In this document: positions 14,030 to 28,882 of the stretch, one piece after another
Layout: the number at the start of each line of letters is the position of its first letter
Position numbering within the stretch: the stretch's first letter is position 1
DNA from: the human T2T-CHM13v2.0 reference genome, Homo sapiens
Reading direction: 5' to 3' (one strand)
NCBI RefSeq assembly: GCF_009914755.1
Contig: NC_060928.1
DNA length: 64,000 nt
Program-made: the position numbers and the translations under genes
The notes under the pieces: generated by a model
What the model was told of the DNA's origin: nothing
The model's database searches: none
Seen by the model: only the letters and a program-made list of their open reading frames with translations

Positions 14030-14250
14030 GTTTTTTTTAATGAATTTAAGGTATATAAGTGCAGTTTTGTTACATGGATATACTGCCTAATGGTGAAGTC
14101 TGGGATTTTAATGTGACCATCACCTGAATAGTGTACTCATTAAATAATTCCTCATCCCTCACCCTTCTCCCCCACTTCCCTGTCTCTATGTCCATGGATA
14201 AACATTATTTAGCTCTCATTTATAAGTGAGAACATGTGGTATTTGGCTTA
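14030..14250 (-). mobile_element. L1MA-type 3' end fragment
   Basis: gtgcagttttgttacatggatatactgc...ggtgaagtctggg...ttataagtgagaacatgtggtatttgg. Confidence 0.8.
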
Positions 14251-14489
14251 CATGAGGGTTTTGTATAATTCTTTTCCATCTTAGGTGGTATGAGAGGAGA
14301 GTAAAATTGGTAACCAAGAGTGAATAAAGAACAAGTTGAATCATAAAATCAGTGTGGACCATCAAAATTCGATGAACATTCCCTGTATTGGTTTTCACTC
14401 TCCTCCTTTAAACAATCAAGGAAGGAGTAATTTTCTAAATATGTGATGTAATAGGTCAAATGCAAAGAAAATGCAAAAGGTAGAGGGGG

Positions 14490-14650
14490 GGTCAAAGTAG
14501 GTATTTTCTTCCCAACTTGCAAATGCGCACAGGAAATACTGAAAGTGGAGGTCAAATATTCTCTTCCCTGCTTGGAAATATGCACAGAATGGCTGAACGT
14601 GGGCAGTCAAAGCAGGTCTTCTCTTCCCAGTTTGGAAATATGCACAGATA
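14490..14650. repeat. Three degenerate ~56-60 bp tandem units
   Basis: Unit core GTCAAA..TTYTCTTCCCnnnTTGSAAATRYGCACAG at ~14491, 14551 and 14606. Confidence 0.75.
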
Positions 14651-15820
14651 TGGGATGGCTTTGTGGGACTTCTCCATTGTATGGCCCTTTCTGTATTCTC
14701 AGCTGTACATGGCAGCTCCCAAAGCACCAAGAGGTTCCTCACTCCTTTCTGTTCTGTTCTTTAGCATCTGTGCGGGATGTGCAGATGGAATTGTAGGATT
14801 ATTACTGCTCCTCACTCCTTTCCAGTTTTGCCACAGTTGGGAAACTACCTGCACAACTATTCTGCAGATCTGAACCAAATAATTTGAGACAACTTAAATA
14901 TATTATTTTTATCTTGTTTACGCATGATATCTCTGATTATGGAAGAAATAATAGTTTTAACTGTTTAATTTTGACTGGAGAATAGGGAATTTCTGCTTAT
15001 TTCTGCTTAGTTCAGCATTTACACTTGCCTATTGTTATACAAAAATATGTATTTTTAGTAATGAGTATTTAAGGATTTCCAAACCTATAGTTAAGATTAA
15101 TATTTCTGGACTAGAATATTTATATGCCACCAGCAATATTATATATAACTTAAAATTTATCCCTTTACACAAATGGATTGACCGCTGTACATTCCCTTAA
15201 GAGTAAAATTATTTTCTTGCCCCAAAATGGGAGCATGTTTGTGGATTTTTACTGAGCCTTGGAATAAGGAGCTGAGTAAGCATTTGGAAGAGGGTTTGAA
15301 TGATGTTCCTGTGAAAATGGATGTTAATTGGTCTCCGGCTTGAATCAGTTATAAATATGGAGGTGACCCTGATTAACCAACAGCAGGGAAGCAATTGTAT
15401 CTTTATTGCCTATAGCAGTCTCAGTGAAGTACTGGACTCAACTTTCTCCAAAATTTATCAGATGAGATACGCTTTTAAAGAATCTAGATTAGTTGTCATA
15501 TCTATCTCTGTACCTCATTTCTTCAAGACAGGAGGAATGATGAGGCTAAAGGTTGATTATAAAATATTAATGCTAGCCTTAATTTTGCCTCATTTTGTTG
15601 CTTATCTGAAAAGAACAAGCCTACAGACTAAATTTGGTTGGTGTTGGCTTTTTAGTCTGTCTTTAATGTGGGAGCTTATACAGTATAAGCACATCTAGGG
15701 ACTTGGTACCCCCACACAGACCGCCACACCTGCTTACATACACCCACACATTAAACCAATCTGGAGTAAACCAGGAGGTTAAACTTACAGAAGGCAAATT
15801 ATTTGCCAAAGAAGTTCAAT

Positions 15821-16156
<336 letters not shown>

Positions 16157-18777
16157 TAAGTACATCTTTCTTATTAATCATAACCAGTTTTCTAATTTGC
16201 TTTTACTAGATGGCTAAATCTATTAAACAGTTTCTTTAGTAAAGTTCAGAAAACAAAGCTGTGCCTGCTAATTTTTAGCAGTGATATGAAAATGACTTTG
16301 CTCTTATTTGAATTAAATATGTTGAAGTTTCTTAGGAAATTGAGGCAAGAGGCTTCCTTGTTCTTACTTCATCATGTGTAATCAATAATTATTGTTGACA
16401 CAATTGGCTTTTATTTACCTGAGGGAACCAAGTGTTTCACCCAATTCTCTTTTTTGATATCACAGACCAATGGACTGAACTTAGTGTCTTCTACTTTTTT
16501 TATTTCCCTGGAGAAAATGTTAAAATATGTATTCAGGCTCTATCTAATTTTGCCCTGCAATGCAGAACGCTTTTCCCTAAAAGTTTTCTAATGCAAGAAA
16601 TGAACTTTACAATGGCAAACTTTTTATATTTTAACATTTTTTTCTAGAGTGAAGCAGAGCTGTATTCATGGTATAAACACTCCTAAAGTGTGAAAAAGGG
16701 AATGCAAATAAATTTTAGGAGATCAAGAAGTCATTTCTGTTTCTTGAAATATGGTGTATTTAAATAAGGCAATTAGTATCATTTTTATATAGTATGTTGA
16801 AAATATGCTATGATGGAATCTTTAAATCATTGTTAGATAAAATCAATTTTTTGAATAATTATTGTACATTTAAGTACCTTTTTATTTGTATTTCATTTTA
16901 CTTGTCTCTACCTCAACACTATATTAAAACTAAACACACTTATTTTTTGAATGGCTGACTTCTTACACTTGGTGAGTTAAGGATCTATATAAATATATAA
17001 AACATAAATGGAATAATTAAGCTGTATTCTGAGTACTTTATGTGGATTCATTCATTTATTCTTCCTAGTAATTTATGAGAAAGTTACTACTGTTATAACC
17101 ATGGTACAAATGAGGTAATAACTGAAAAAGAATAAAAGATTTCTGATTCTTGCCAGGACACACAGCTAGTATAGTAAGGAGCAATGTAAGGCATGAACCC
17201 AGGTAGGCTGGGGCTAGAATTTACGTATTAATTACTCTATACTGTTGCTTTTCAATTTGTCTTCACTCAGCTTTTGTTTTCCCTGAATGCAGATATGTTC
17301 ATGTCAAACTACAAGTTATCTGGACCAACGGGTCTCAAATTCCATTTGGAATATTGGCCGCTACTAGTAACTCAACGTTTTAATATGATTTGTTTTCATA
17401 TATATCAAGGTCAAAGGATAGCATTCTTGACTTCCATCCTTCCCCCAGTTCCAATCCATGTTTGTCATTCTTTCCCTTTGGTTCCCAGATCTACTGCCGC
17501 GTATCTTAAGTCACACCTATGTGCCAGTGTGCTGTGCAGCATAGAAAGCTCTGTTCATTTGTAGGAATTATTAGTTCATTTTTCTTAGTCTCCTATAAAA
17601 GCTATTATCTCTCTAATCCTTGGGGAGAAAGTAAATTAAAGGATACAGACTTATATTTTGAATGCCCTCTGACTGTCCTATGCAGTATTGCTTCTCCCAG
17701 CTTCGTATTGAACTGTGAAGATACAACGCAAAGAAAATTCACAATGCTAAAATCAAGACTAAATCAAGGAGGAAATTCAGCTATTTTTAAGATATATGGA
17801 GTTAAAACAAGATTCACAAACTGTGGACAATAATAGCAAACATTTACTTTGCATTATGCATGTGCCAGGTGCTATTCTGCATTTTGCATATAGTAATTCA
17901 TGTAACCTCACAACAGCACTAATAAGGTAGGTGCTAATATTAGTCCCATTTCGCAGATAAGGAAACAGGCACTCAGCTAGGATTTCAAGCCAGGCACACT
18001 GACTGTGAGGTTCATGGTCATAACTACTCTCTTTCTAATATTTTCCTTGCCACTTGATAAGAGATGCTTCATTCTAACTTCATTACCATTACCCACCCTT
18101 TGCCTAAATATCCAGACCAGTATCAAGAAGGACACCAGGCAGCTGTTCATTGCTGTATATGTACAGCTTTCTAAAAGGGTTGTCAAAGCTCAATCAGTAC
18201 AAATTCAAGGGCTGCGGATCACCATAAACAAGGAATGTAATAGAGGTTTGGTAGCTTATTGTAACTTGGCTTGGGTATTACTGATAACCCATTACTGGTT
18301 TGTAATACCTTAATAGCACTGCATTATGGGAATTCTAAATATTCATATGCCTCATCACTGGAAATGTTTAGAAAATTAGCAACAGTGATGAGTAGAAGAC
18401 CCAATTCAATCTAGTAAATATCTATTAGATGCTGCTTTCTGAATTAGGTGAAAGGACATCAATTTGTTCTCCAGCAACAGATGGAGAAGAAGAGCTGACC
18501 AACAACTAAATGGTCAGAGATCAGGACAAAAGGGCAAGCCAGACGTCCTGTATATTACAAACATCAAGTTTGGATTTTGAAAACTTTTAGAAAATGTTTT
18601 ACAGATAAAGAAAGGTGCACTAAGAAGGTAATGTATCTGAAAATGGTTTGCCATCAGAAACAAAACACTTTAGAAAACATGTTGGTATCTCAGTAGCATG
18701 CAGAGGACTCGAGACTGAAAACCGTGCATAGAGAATAGACCAATATACAAAGACAGCTAGATGGTAGGGATGGGTGG

Positions 18778-19190
18778 TGATATAGTTTGGATGTTTGTCC
18801 CCTCTGAATCCTGTTGAAATGTGATCCCCAGTATTGGAGATGGGGCCCAGTGGGAAGTGTTTGGGTCAGGGGAGCAGATCCCTCATGAATGGCTTGGGGC
18901 TTTCCCCATAGTAATCAGTGAGTTCTTGCCCTATTAGTTCATGTGAGAGCTGATTTAAAGAGCCTGGCACCTCCTCCTCCTCTGTTGCTCCCTCTGTCTC
19001 CATGTGATGACACACCTGCTCCCCTTTTGTCTTCCACCATGAGTAAAAGCTTCCTGAGGTCCTGACCAGAAGCAGATGCTGATGCCATGCTTGTTGTACA
19101 GCCTGCAGAACAAGGAGCCAAAAAAAGCCCTCTTTACAAATTACTTAGCCTCGGGTATTCATTTATAGCAATGCAAAACAGACTAATACA
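18778..19190 (+). mobile_element. MaLR solo LTR (MSTA/MSTB-like)
   Basis: TG...CA termini (tgatatagtttggatgtttgtccc...gactaataca) with a 5-bp TSD ggtgg on both sides. Confidence 0.9.
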
Positions 19191-20238
19191 GGTGGATTGC
19201 AGGGAAGACAAAGAATAGAACTAACACGATAAAAATCAGGTCAGTGATGCAGATAATACACAAATATACATGAGATGGTTTCTTGGTATGCAGAAAGATA
19301 TGGAAAAAGGAATGAGACAACAGAGAATGGAAATCTAATCCTAGAATTACAGGTATTTTCAGGGAAGACAGGAAAACATCAAGGTCAAAAGCAAAAATAA
19401 TTGGAAGAAAAGTCTGGACAAATGATTGTTACTAGCAAAAACAAAGTTTTGATGAATCTAATGGAAATATATACAAGCAAATTAGGAATAAGGTTATTTA
19501 GCCACAGATATAGAAATAATAACAGCAACAATACTAATACTTAGCACTGACTGCATGCATCTAAGCTACATATATAGTATTTTATAAACATTACAAGTAA
19601 GAAAACTTTTTAAATTATGAGAAAATACTCTGTAAAACTCTGTGCTGAGAGTTTCTCAACTGAATGATATGAATGCTTTTCTGAGATATGTTAATTACCA
19701 AAGTAGCTTCAAGAAAATCTGGATAAATTGGTAACAAAGTTGTAACCAAATTCATCAAACAAAATTGATCACAGCATAACTTCTGAAAATGAGCTTCCTT
19801 TTGCTTCCAAAACATGGGCAAGGTGGTTCTACCTGTGTAATCTTCTGTGCTTTCAAAGAATGTATTCCCATGGCCAAATAAATTGTTCCATTGTGAAGAT
19901 AGGCAAAGGTGTAAAAGTTCTCTTACTCATTTTTTAAACTAGCATAACCCTGACTCCCAAACCGATATAACCAACTTTGTAATCTTTATAGTCATGCCTA
20001 GTGTCAAATTAATGTTTATTGAAAGGAATTTGGACGTGCAAGTGATTATAAAGAATATATAACAATTGCCTATAATCTCATCATTCAAAAATTATCACCA
20101 TTAATATTTTAACTAATATTTTAAATATGCCAGACCCCGTGCTAAGTGCTTATCTATATGTTTTTATTTAATTTCATTAAGAATCTTCTGCCATAGGCAT
20201 TATTGTTGTAACCTCTTTTTTCCTGATGAAGAGACTGA

Positions 20239-20626
<388 letters not shown>

Positions 20627-22196
20627 TCTGGAATTCACTTTTAAACCATTGCATTATACTGTGGCTTTAGAGAACTTGTTTCCAGTATTTTATCATAAAG
20701 TATTTTCCAATGATAATATGCTTTGAAATCGTGATTTTAATAAGTGTATGATATTCTAGCAAATGAATGAACTGTTATGTATTTAAACATTCCCTTTTTT
20801 TAGACATGAAGGTCATTATCAAGTGTTTATTACAAATATTGATGAATTTAACATTTTCATATAAATCAAACTGCCTAATATTTTCTGTGAAGGTAAACTC
20901 TAAGATGCAGAATTACTAGGTCAAAGTTATGAATACTTGTGAACCATCTTGATTCTCTACTTGTTTTCTGGAAGGATTTTGCAATATGTGTTTCTACTCA
21001 GAGAAAATGAGAATGTCCATCTCATAGCAACATTATCGGCTCTGAATAGTGTCACTACTTAAAACACTTGTAAATTAAATTAGATAGGTGAAAGAAGGGA
21101 TATCATATTTATTTCACATTGTTTGGCTACCAATAACACTTAAAAATATTTTTATATATGTATCAGCCATTGGAATTTTTTATTAATTCCTGCCTCAGAG
21201 AAAGCAACAGAGCTAATGGTTAAGAACACAGACTCTCTTTTTTTGTCAGAGGCTCTAGAGCAAGATGAATGCTTCCAGCTTGTAGGAGGTGGAACATGGT
21301 TATATTAGACATATTGTTCTCAAAGGCTGACATGGAAAGTTTCAGCCATTCCTAGAAATCTCGGTTAATCCTGATCCTACAAACCTTAATCTCATTGAAT
21401 CTCCATTTCCTCATCTTTATTGATAATACTACTTGATATTAATACTTCATGTTTATTGTCAGTATTAATATATGCAAAGTGTTTAGTGTACAAATAGCCT
21501 AAAACATGGTGACTTTTAAAAATATTGGTCCACGCTTTCATGTCAGTCACATGGACCTCTATTTATGCTTATATTAGAGTTTTGCATGACCTTATTATTC
21601 TCCCACAATATATTGTGAATTCTCAGGAGGAATTTTTATCTTTGTCCTTTGTCCCAAGTACCTAGCATAAAGCCTCATGTATCAGGAATACATATCTACT
21701 GTATTGGGCTGAGTGTAAAATTACTCAAATTCAAAGAACATTTTGTGATATGAGATGTCATGATTCCATCTAGCCTCTGAAACATTTTATCATTTTCCTA
21801 TTGCAGAATTCTTAGAAATACTCAAATTTGGGTTCTCAAAGGCAGCTTTTAGAGATTAAACTGTTTGCTGACCACTTTCTTTAGGACAGACTCAATTATA
21901 GGCCAGTGACATATAGACCAAACTCAATGGCAGATGCAAGAGTAGGGACCACTCCAATCACCATGTGATTTGATGAGCAAAAATGTAGCAACCCCACAGC
22001 ATTGCCTCAGCAAATTAAGTGCTCACTTCCTTCCTTCTCTTTCCAATGAAAGAGAAGATAATTTTTTTTGAAAATATAACTCAATGTTTAGCTTAGTAAA
22101 ACAAAAAATTAAATTCACTCATAAGGTTTTATGAAGACCTGCAAATGTCCACGTAATTTTTTTCTTATTATTTTCACTGTCAGACCAAAGTTGTTA

Positions 22197-22500
<304 letters not shown>

Positions 22501-22529
22501 AAAAGTTCAGGAGGAAAGACATCTTCAAA

Positions 22530-22650
22530 ATAAAATAATTTAAAATAGTTAATAATTTAAAATAAGTTTGAATAACTTAAAAGTATATGTTTAATTTAAA
22601 TGTATTAGAAGTTTAATAAGTTTAAATAACTTAAAATAACTTTAAAACAT
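22530..22650. repeat. AT-rich low-complexity tract with ~10-11 bp aataa(c/t)ttaa units
   Basis: Direct reading. Confidence 0.7.
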
Positions 22651-22654
22651 TTTT

Positions 22655-22800
22655 TAAATGTTTCACCACAAAAAAAATAGTATGTGAAGTGATGGATTTT
22701 TTTAATTAGCCTCATTTAATCATTCTACATTGTAAACATAGCAAAACAGTACGTTGTACCCTGTAATTGTATACAATTATTATTTTTCAATTAAAAATTA
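22655..22800 (+). mobile_element. L1MA/MB terminal 3' fragment
   Basis: tcaccacaaaaaaaatagtatgtgaagtgatgg...ttaattagc...tcattctacattgta...ttgtaccc. Confidence 0.75.
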
Positions 22801-24059
22801 ATCATTAAACATTTTAGGTTAGAACTTCTTATAATTAAAAAATGGATTTCTAAGCCTAACTTTGATTATGATTAAGAAAATATTCTATGGTTCTCTATGC
22901 CCTTCATCCACCTATATCCCACCCTCCCGAACTTATGTTCCTGTGTCTGCTCCACGTCCCTGCCAACAACCACTTCACAAAATATTAACTGGCTTTGATT
23001 TGGAAAACATTATTCTGCTCTCCTATATTGATGTCTGAATTGAAATAAAAGAAATATGACAGTCATCTTTATGGACGAGTTTAAGTTCAATTTTATTATC
23101 TAAGCTTCCTCGAAGAGAAAATGAAAAACAGTCCCCCCAAAATCATAGTATTAGAAACTTTTGGTTAAGAAAGTGAACATTGTGACAGGGTGTCAGTTGT
23201 TGTCCATTTTGGATGGTGGACCACAATTCCAAGAACGGAAGGAAGTCCATTTTCCCATGTAACAATGGCAAATGCCAGCCAAATTCTAACCTAATTTTGC
23301 CAGGATCTTAGGACAATTCCCCAACTTGTTACACAATCACCATTCTGCTGGCACTTGTGTTTTGCCTTGTTTCCCTGAATGGTTTGTTTTTTATTTTTTT
23401 TCTTAATTTGAGTGACCTTTGAGCCAGAAGAACTTGTCATTTGGTGACTCTTGTGAAAGTGTTTATTTTTATACACTCCATGTGTCCTTCTAAATGTAAT
23501 TTTGTAAATCATAAAAATAAAAAATTAGGCTTTTTCTGTAATGCTGGGCTCAACAACAGATTTCTTTAAAAATGGAGAAGTTTAAAGAATTAGGCTTTTT
23601 GCTGAAATTCACAAGGATTTATTTGTTGTTTTAAAGCTGCTTTGGGAACAAACATTTGTTTTGATAGTTTTACAAGTAGAAACTATAAAACTAATGGAAT
23701 TGCTCGTATTCATTTGTGTTGAGGTTATAAAGCTACTTACAATTGCAGTTCACATTTTGTAACTCAACTTTCAAGCTAATTGTGGAAAGGAAATCTGAAA
23801 CTTGCCAAATCCTTGATAATCTGGACTCCTCACTTACCCCACTCAACTCCCCCAAAAATCTTTCATTCTAGTGGTCTGGTAATTCAGTGGAAAACCACAT
23901 GACAGGGTTCATAAATTTATCCAGTGGTTTTTATACCTAAGGATAACACTTTCTGGTCTGTTTTGCAGGCTTTTCACAGGAAGAATTGTGATGGTCAGAG
24001 CCAATGTAGTCGGTCAAATCTAAGACTAAGAATAAATGTAGCAAACACATCCAACATAA

Positions 24060-25600
24060 TTCTGTTGGAAGGACTTAAGCCATTTAGTCCGTCCAACAGA
24101 ATGATGAGGATGGTACTGTTGTCTGCACTTCACAGAACAAACAGAGACACAGAGAGGTTGAGTAACTTTCCCAGAGCCACACAGTAAGTGGGGAGCCGGA
24201 ATTCAAACCCTAATAGCCTAGTTTCAGGGTACATTCCCTTTTGTGTCATGCTTTTGTATTTCAAAAAGCACATGACATATGTTTTATTATTTAATCCTCT
24301 AAATACCTCCAGGAGGTATTCAGATTTTATAATGCTTTTTGTTGGTGTGGGTTCACTGAGACACGGAATTGTGGAGCAGAACTAACCCAGACCGTACATG
24401 AGTAGATGATGAAGTAGTCCCAACCCGAGGCCTCCTGACTGCAAGCCTGTGGCTCTCAGGGAGGTTTTGTTTTTGTTTTGCCAAGGAACACTTTCATTAA
24501 ATAAAAACTGCATCAAACTCTGTTACAAATGAAGGTGTAACTGTTCTTAGTAGGGGACAGATGGGCACTTGGACTTCTCTCCTACCTGTACCTATTTCCA
24601 TCCCACCCGCAGAGGCCCTAAATGGCTCCATAGAATACAACTGGAAGCCCACTGCTTTACCCCGTGTTATCTTTCAGATATATATATATTACATATATTA
24701 GCACTGGAAAGAGCAGAAATTACTGGAAACAACCGAAAAGTAAAGGCAAGAAGCATTTGAACTTGGCTCCGCCACTTGTTCTATGTTCATCTCTAAAATA
24801 AGAATAAGAATTAATGCATTTCATTGATTGCTTCTAGTGAGTCAAGCACTAAGCATTTTCTCACGTAATCCTTACAGCAACCCTGTGAGTTGCAGGTATT
24901 GTTATACCAATTTACAGATGAAAAATAAACGTTCAGATTAACTTCTCCAGGGCTACTAGGCTAGAAAATTGTAGTTGGAATTCAAAACCACATCTGTTTG
25001 ACGATAAAGTCCGGACTCTTAACCTACCTAGGATTGGGGAAATTACATGAGACACAGCTCCTAATGTGTGCTGCAGTAGACAGTCAATAAATGGCAGATG
25101 TTATTTTGGGGGAGACTGTTTAAGAGTACGGACTCTGAAATCAGACCATCAGTATTTACATATCTGTTCTATCATATAATGTGTGACCTTGGACAAATGT
25201 TTTTCTCCCTCTAGGCTTTAATTCCTTCATTTATAAAGTTTGAATAATATTAAAACTTACTATACAATTTTTATGAAGATCAAATAGGATATTGTGTTTA
25301 TGTTGCTTAGCACAGGGTCTTACCCATAGTATGCCTTAAATAAATGCTAGCTATGGTTATTATTAGGAACTATATGCTAAGGAATCACAAGCCAAAAAAA
25401 AAGTGGATTTCATGAATAGTCTACATTATCTCATTTTGTTTCACCAAAACTTCTGTGAAGTAAGTACTACATTATTTTCATATTACAAATGCTATTTTGA
25501 GAGGTGTTTTTAATTTCTTAAGTACTCACAGCTAGCAAGTGATGAAGCTAGAATGTGAGCAGGCAGGTGGAATTCGGAGGCTTCATCCACATTCTGTATT
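24060..25600. mobile_element. Cluster of MIR fragments in both orientations
   Basis: Repeated MIR phrases: acagagaggttgagtaactttcccagagccacacag; aatccttacagcaaccctgtgag...ccaatttacagatga; tgtgtgaccttggacaa. Confidence 0.7.
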
Positions 25601-25665
25601 GATTCTGACAAACTATTTAAGATAAACGTTCCCCCCAGTCTTGATGGAGCCCAAGAGTTAGGGAC

Positions 25666-26050
25666 TTAGCCAATCAGGAAATGCTCTTCTTTCTCCTGCT
25701 TAAATTCAGAACCAGTTGAAAGGTGGTTGCAGGAATCAGGTAGATGGAGATTAAAATCTCACCTTTTTTATGATAAAGCTATTGAAGGAAATGACTTAGA
25801 TCCTAATGTCGAGCAAAATAATCTTTCAAGAGACAGAATGAACCACCCACTGGTGATCCTAACACGTCAAGCCTCCCCCCAAGCCCTAGCCCCACCCCAA
25901 GAAGCCTGAAATGTGCCCTGTGGAGGATTTGAGCTGAATTCCAGCACAGCTAGCATGGATTTGAGCAGACAGAGCCCAGAGTGAGGTAGAGAGGGCCGAG
26001 TCACTCATATCCCACTTCCTCTTCCCACGTCACCATCAGTGACTCCTGCT
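25666..26050. promoter_or_regulatory. Candidate enhancer or cryptic promoter (motif cluster)
   Basis: NF-Y TTAGCCAATCAGG (25666), ACACGTCA (25862), KLF/SP GCCCCACCCC (25889), ETS ACTTCCTC (26014), CCACGTCA (26025). Motif evidence only. Confidence 0.4.
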
Positions 26051-27396
26051 CTCCTGGGTGGAGTGAGTGAAGGTGGAGAAGAGCCCCGGGTGTTAATCTA
26101 ATGGAGCTCCTCCAAATAGAAACACCTGGAGTGGGATATCGAATCCCATTTAACATCCCCAGGTTTGTCTTCTCTCAGCGTCACTGGGATCAGCCACTGA
26201 GACTCTGGGTTATCCCTCTGTATGGCTGCCACCTGGAGTGCGAGGAGATTAACATCTGTCAGGGCAGGACTACCTCCAACTCCATGAGGCCGCTCCCTCA
26301 GAGCCCACTACTGCTGCTTTGGGCATCCTCCCTTGGCTGTGTTTATTTTATCCTCTGAAAGCTCCAAACAGGACAGAAATACACAATTATGAAATTAATA
26401 CCAAAGCTACTCTGCATCTAAAGTCAATCTGTATTCTATTTCCCATCCCCATTTACCTGTAACCACATTTCCAACTTCAGAGGTTCTGTACCAAGCTGAA
26501 ATGACAGCCCATCTGTTGCAGAAGTGAAATGAAAATACTATAAACAGTTCTATATTTGAATATAAATCTCATTACAAAGGGAGAAATTAAAGTTTAAAAA
26601 TCAGTGTTCCAAAGAATTCAACTATGAAGTAGTTAAGTCACATTTCAAAAGAATTGATGTTGAAGAGAAAATTCTCTTGCTTTTGTGGGATAACATTTTT
26701 TTAAATTTCAAAATTGATCTGAATATTTTATCTGTTCAGTCTAATTCAGAGACATTCGTGACACTGTGGGCAAGCTTGGACTGTCCTCTCCTGGATGCGT
26801 GTCACTGCTCCAGCATCTCACAAATAAAATTTTACATTTCTCAAGAGAGAAGAAAACACAGCAAACACCCATGAAATGTAGAAAACAAGTTAGCCCAAGG
26901 CCCTAAAGAAGTTAGTCCAGGCATACTTGTATTTCGCAAATCCACACTTTGTGTTGCCAAAAACCACAGCAGAGATTTCAGGGGTAGCAAGTGAAAGACA
27001 GAGATCAGGAAAGTCCCGGTTTCCACCTTGCCAGGATGTCAGTGGGTCTGCGCCTGCACACCAGTGAACCTAGATTATTTAGGTTCACTACACCTGCACT
27101 CCAGTGAACCTAGATTTATTTAAGAGAATGCTGCCATCAAGAGATTGATTTTGGCCCTCTGTTTACCATATTAAGGAGGATGTTTTTCCCTAGGTGTACT
27201 GTCTTCCATCACAAGACATGACATTGACACATTCCTGCCTTGCAAATTTCGACATTTGGAATGGTGGCAACCTCAGCATCAAATTTTATTTGAGAATTTC
27301 CTCAGTGGTAATGTTCCACACTTCTCTCTCCCCTTTTCCCCTGTGAGCCCGGGTTTCTAGCCTCCCAATGCTGCAGTGAGGAATGATTTTCACTGA

Positions 27397-27774
<378 letters not shown>

Positions 27775-28578
27775 TGAGCTGAAAGTGCTGTTGTTGTCTC
27801 AAGAGCCTGCTGACAACCATTTCTTCTGCTGTGTTCTCCTTAAAACACTTATCTTCCCTCAGACTTTGATTATTTGAAGCCTAAGGTGCATTTCTCTGTG
27901 TAATCTTTCTCTGCAGTAGCAGTCTTTTAGGAAGACCCGAGAATTTCTGACAATTTAACCTTAACTTGGTTTCTTCCCTTATCTAACACATATGGGACTA
28001 GCCCTGTTTACTAAATTTGAGGGCTTTCTCCCTCTCCCCCTTTGATTTACAGCCAAAACAATTTGATTTTCTAAGATATCTCTTTAGATTTCATCATGTG
28101 GGCTTTCCTGTGGTGAAAAATAATGAAATTATGTTCTTGATATGCCAGAGACGCCTACTTTTCAAATAAATTGTGCCTTTCTCTAGATTGGAGAATCCCA
28201 CCTGGGTAATATTCTCCCATCAGATTAGCAGAGAACCTAAACCTGAACTGCTCTATTATTGGCCTGTCTGTTCACATAGAATATGTCTCATCTTGTCTGT
28301 GTCTTCTCTTTGAGTTCTGATCTCGTAGGTTTCTCAAGCAAGTCCCTCAGGGCATAGAAAACACCTGCATGCCCCCTACGCTGGCTCTATCACCTGAAAA
28401 CTCACCTAGGAATTCTTTGAGTGTTATATGCTGCTTTCCGCAGCCTTTTCATATCACACCTGCCCACATAGGTAACTGCTTTGTACACTAACCCAGTCAT
28501 CAGGATGAGAGTGCCCCATGGCTCTTACTTTGGACTCTGAACGTTTTTAGTAAGTTTGCAAAAGTTTTCTGGGTTTTT

Positions 28579-28592
28579 GCGCCCTCTAGAGG
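28579..28592 (-). promoter_or_regulatory. Candidate CTCF site
   Basis: Minus strand CCTCTAGAGGGCGC matches the core CCASYAGRKGGCRS at 13 of 14 positions. Confidence 0.45.
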
Positions 28593-28709
28593 AGTAATTC
28601 CAAGTTGTTTTCTGAGATCCTGCCCTCTGTCTTTGGTTTTCACTGGGCCCAGGTCACCCTTTCTGATCTAGTAACAGATTAAAGATCTCTCCACTTTTCT
28701 TATTCACCC

Positions 28710-28882
28710 CTTTTTATTTTTTTATTTAATTTTTTTATAGTTAAATAAAAACCTGCAGGACGTGCCGGTCTGTTACATAGGTAAACATGTCTCATGGTGG
28801 TTTGCTGCATCTACCAACCCATCACCTAGGTATTAAGCCTCACATGCATTAGCTGTTTATCCTGATGCTCTCCCTCCCCACG
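28710..28882 (-). mobile_element. L1PA 3' end fragment
   Basis: tgttacataggtaaacatgt...catggtggtttgctgca...cccatcacctaggtattaagcc...tcctgatgctctccctcccc. Confidence 0.85.

Noticed and set aside
14490-14650. Repeat-spacer look resembling a CRISPR array
   Set aside because: Primate intron, only three diverged units, related spacers and no cas genes.
14416-14742. ORF with repeated CAYFQ(T/A)GKR, suggestive of a CCCH zinc finger or processed pseudogene
   Set aside because: Cys/His spacing does not fit a zinc finger; the peptide repeat just reflects the DNA tandem units, which differ by frame-breaking indels.
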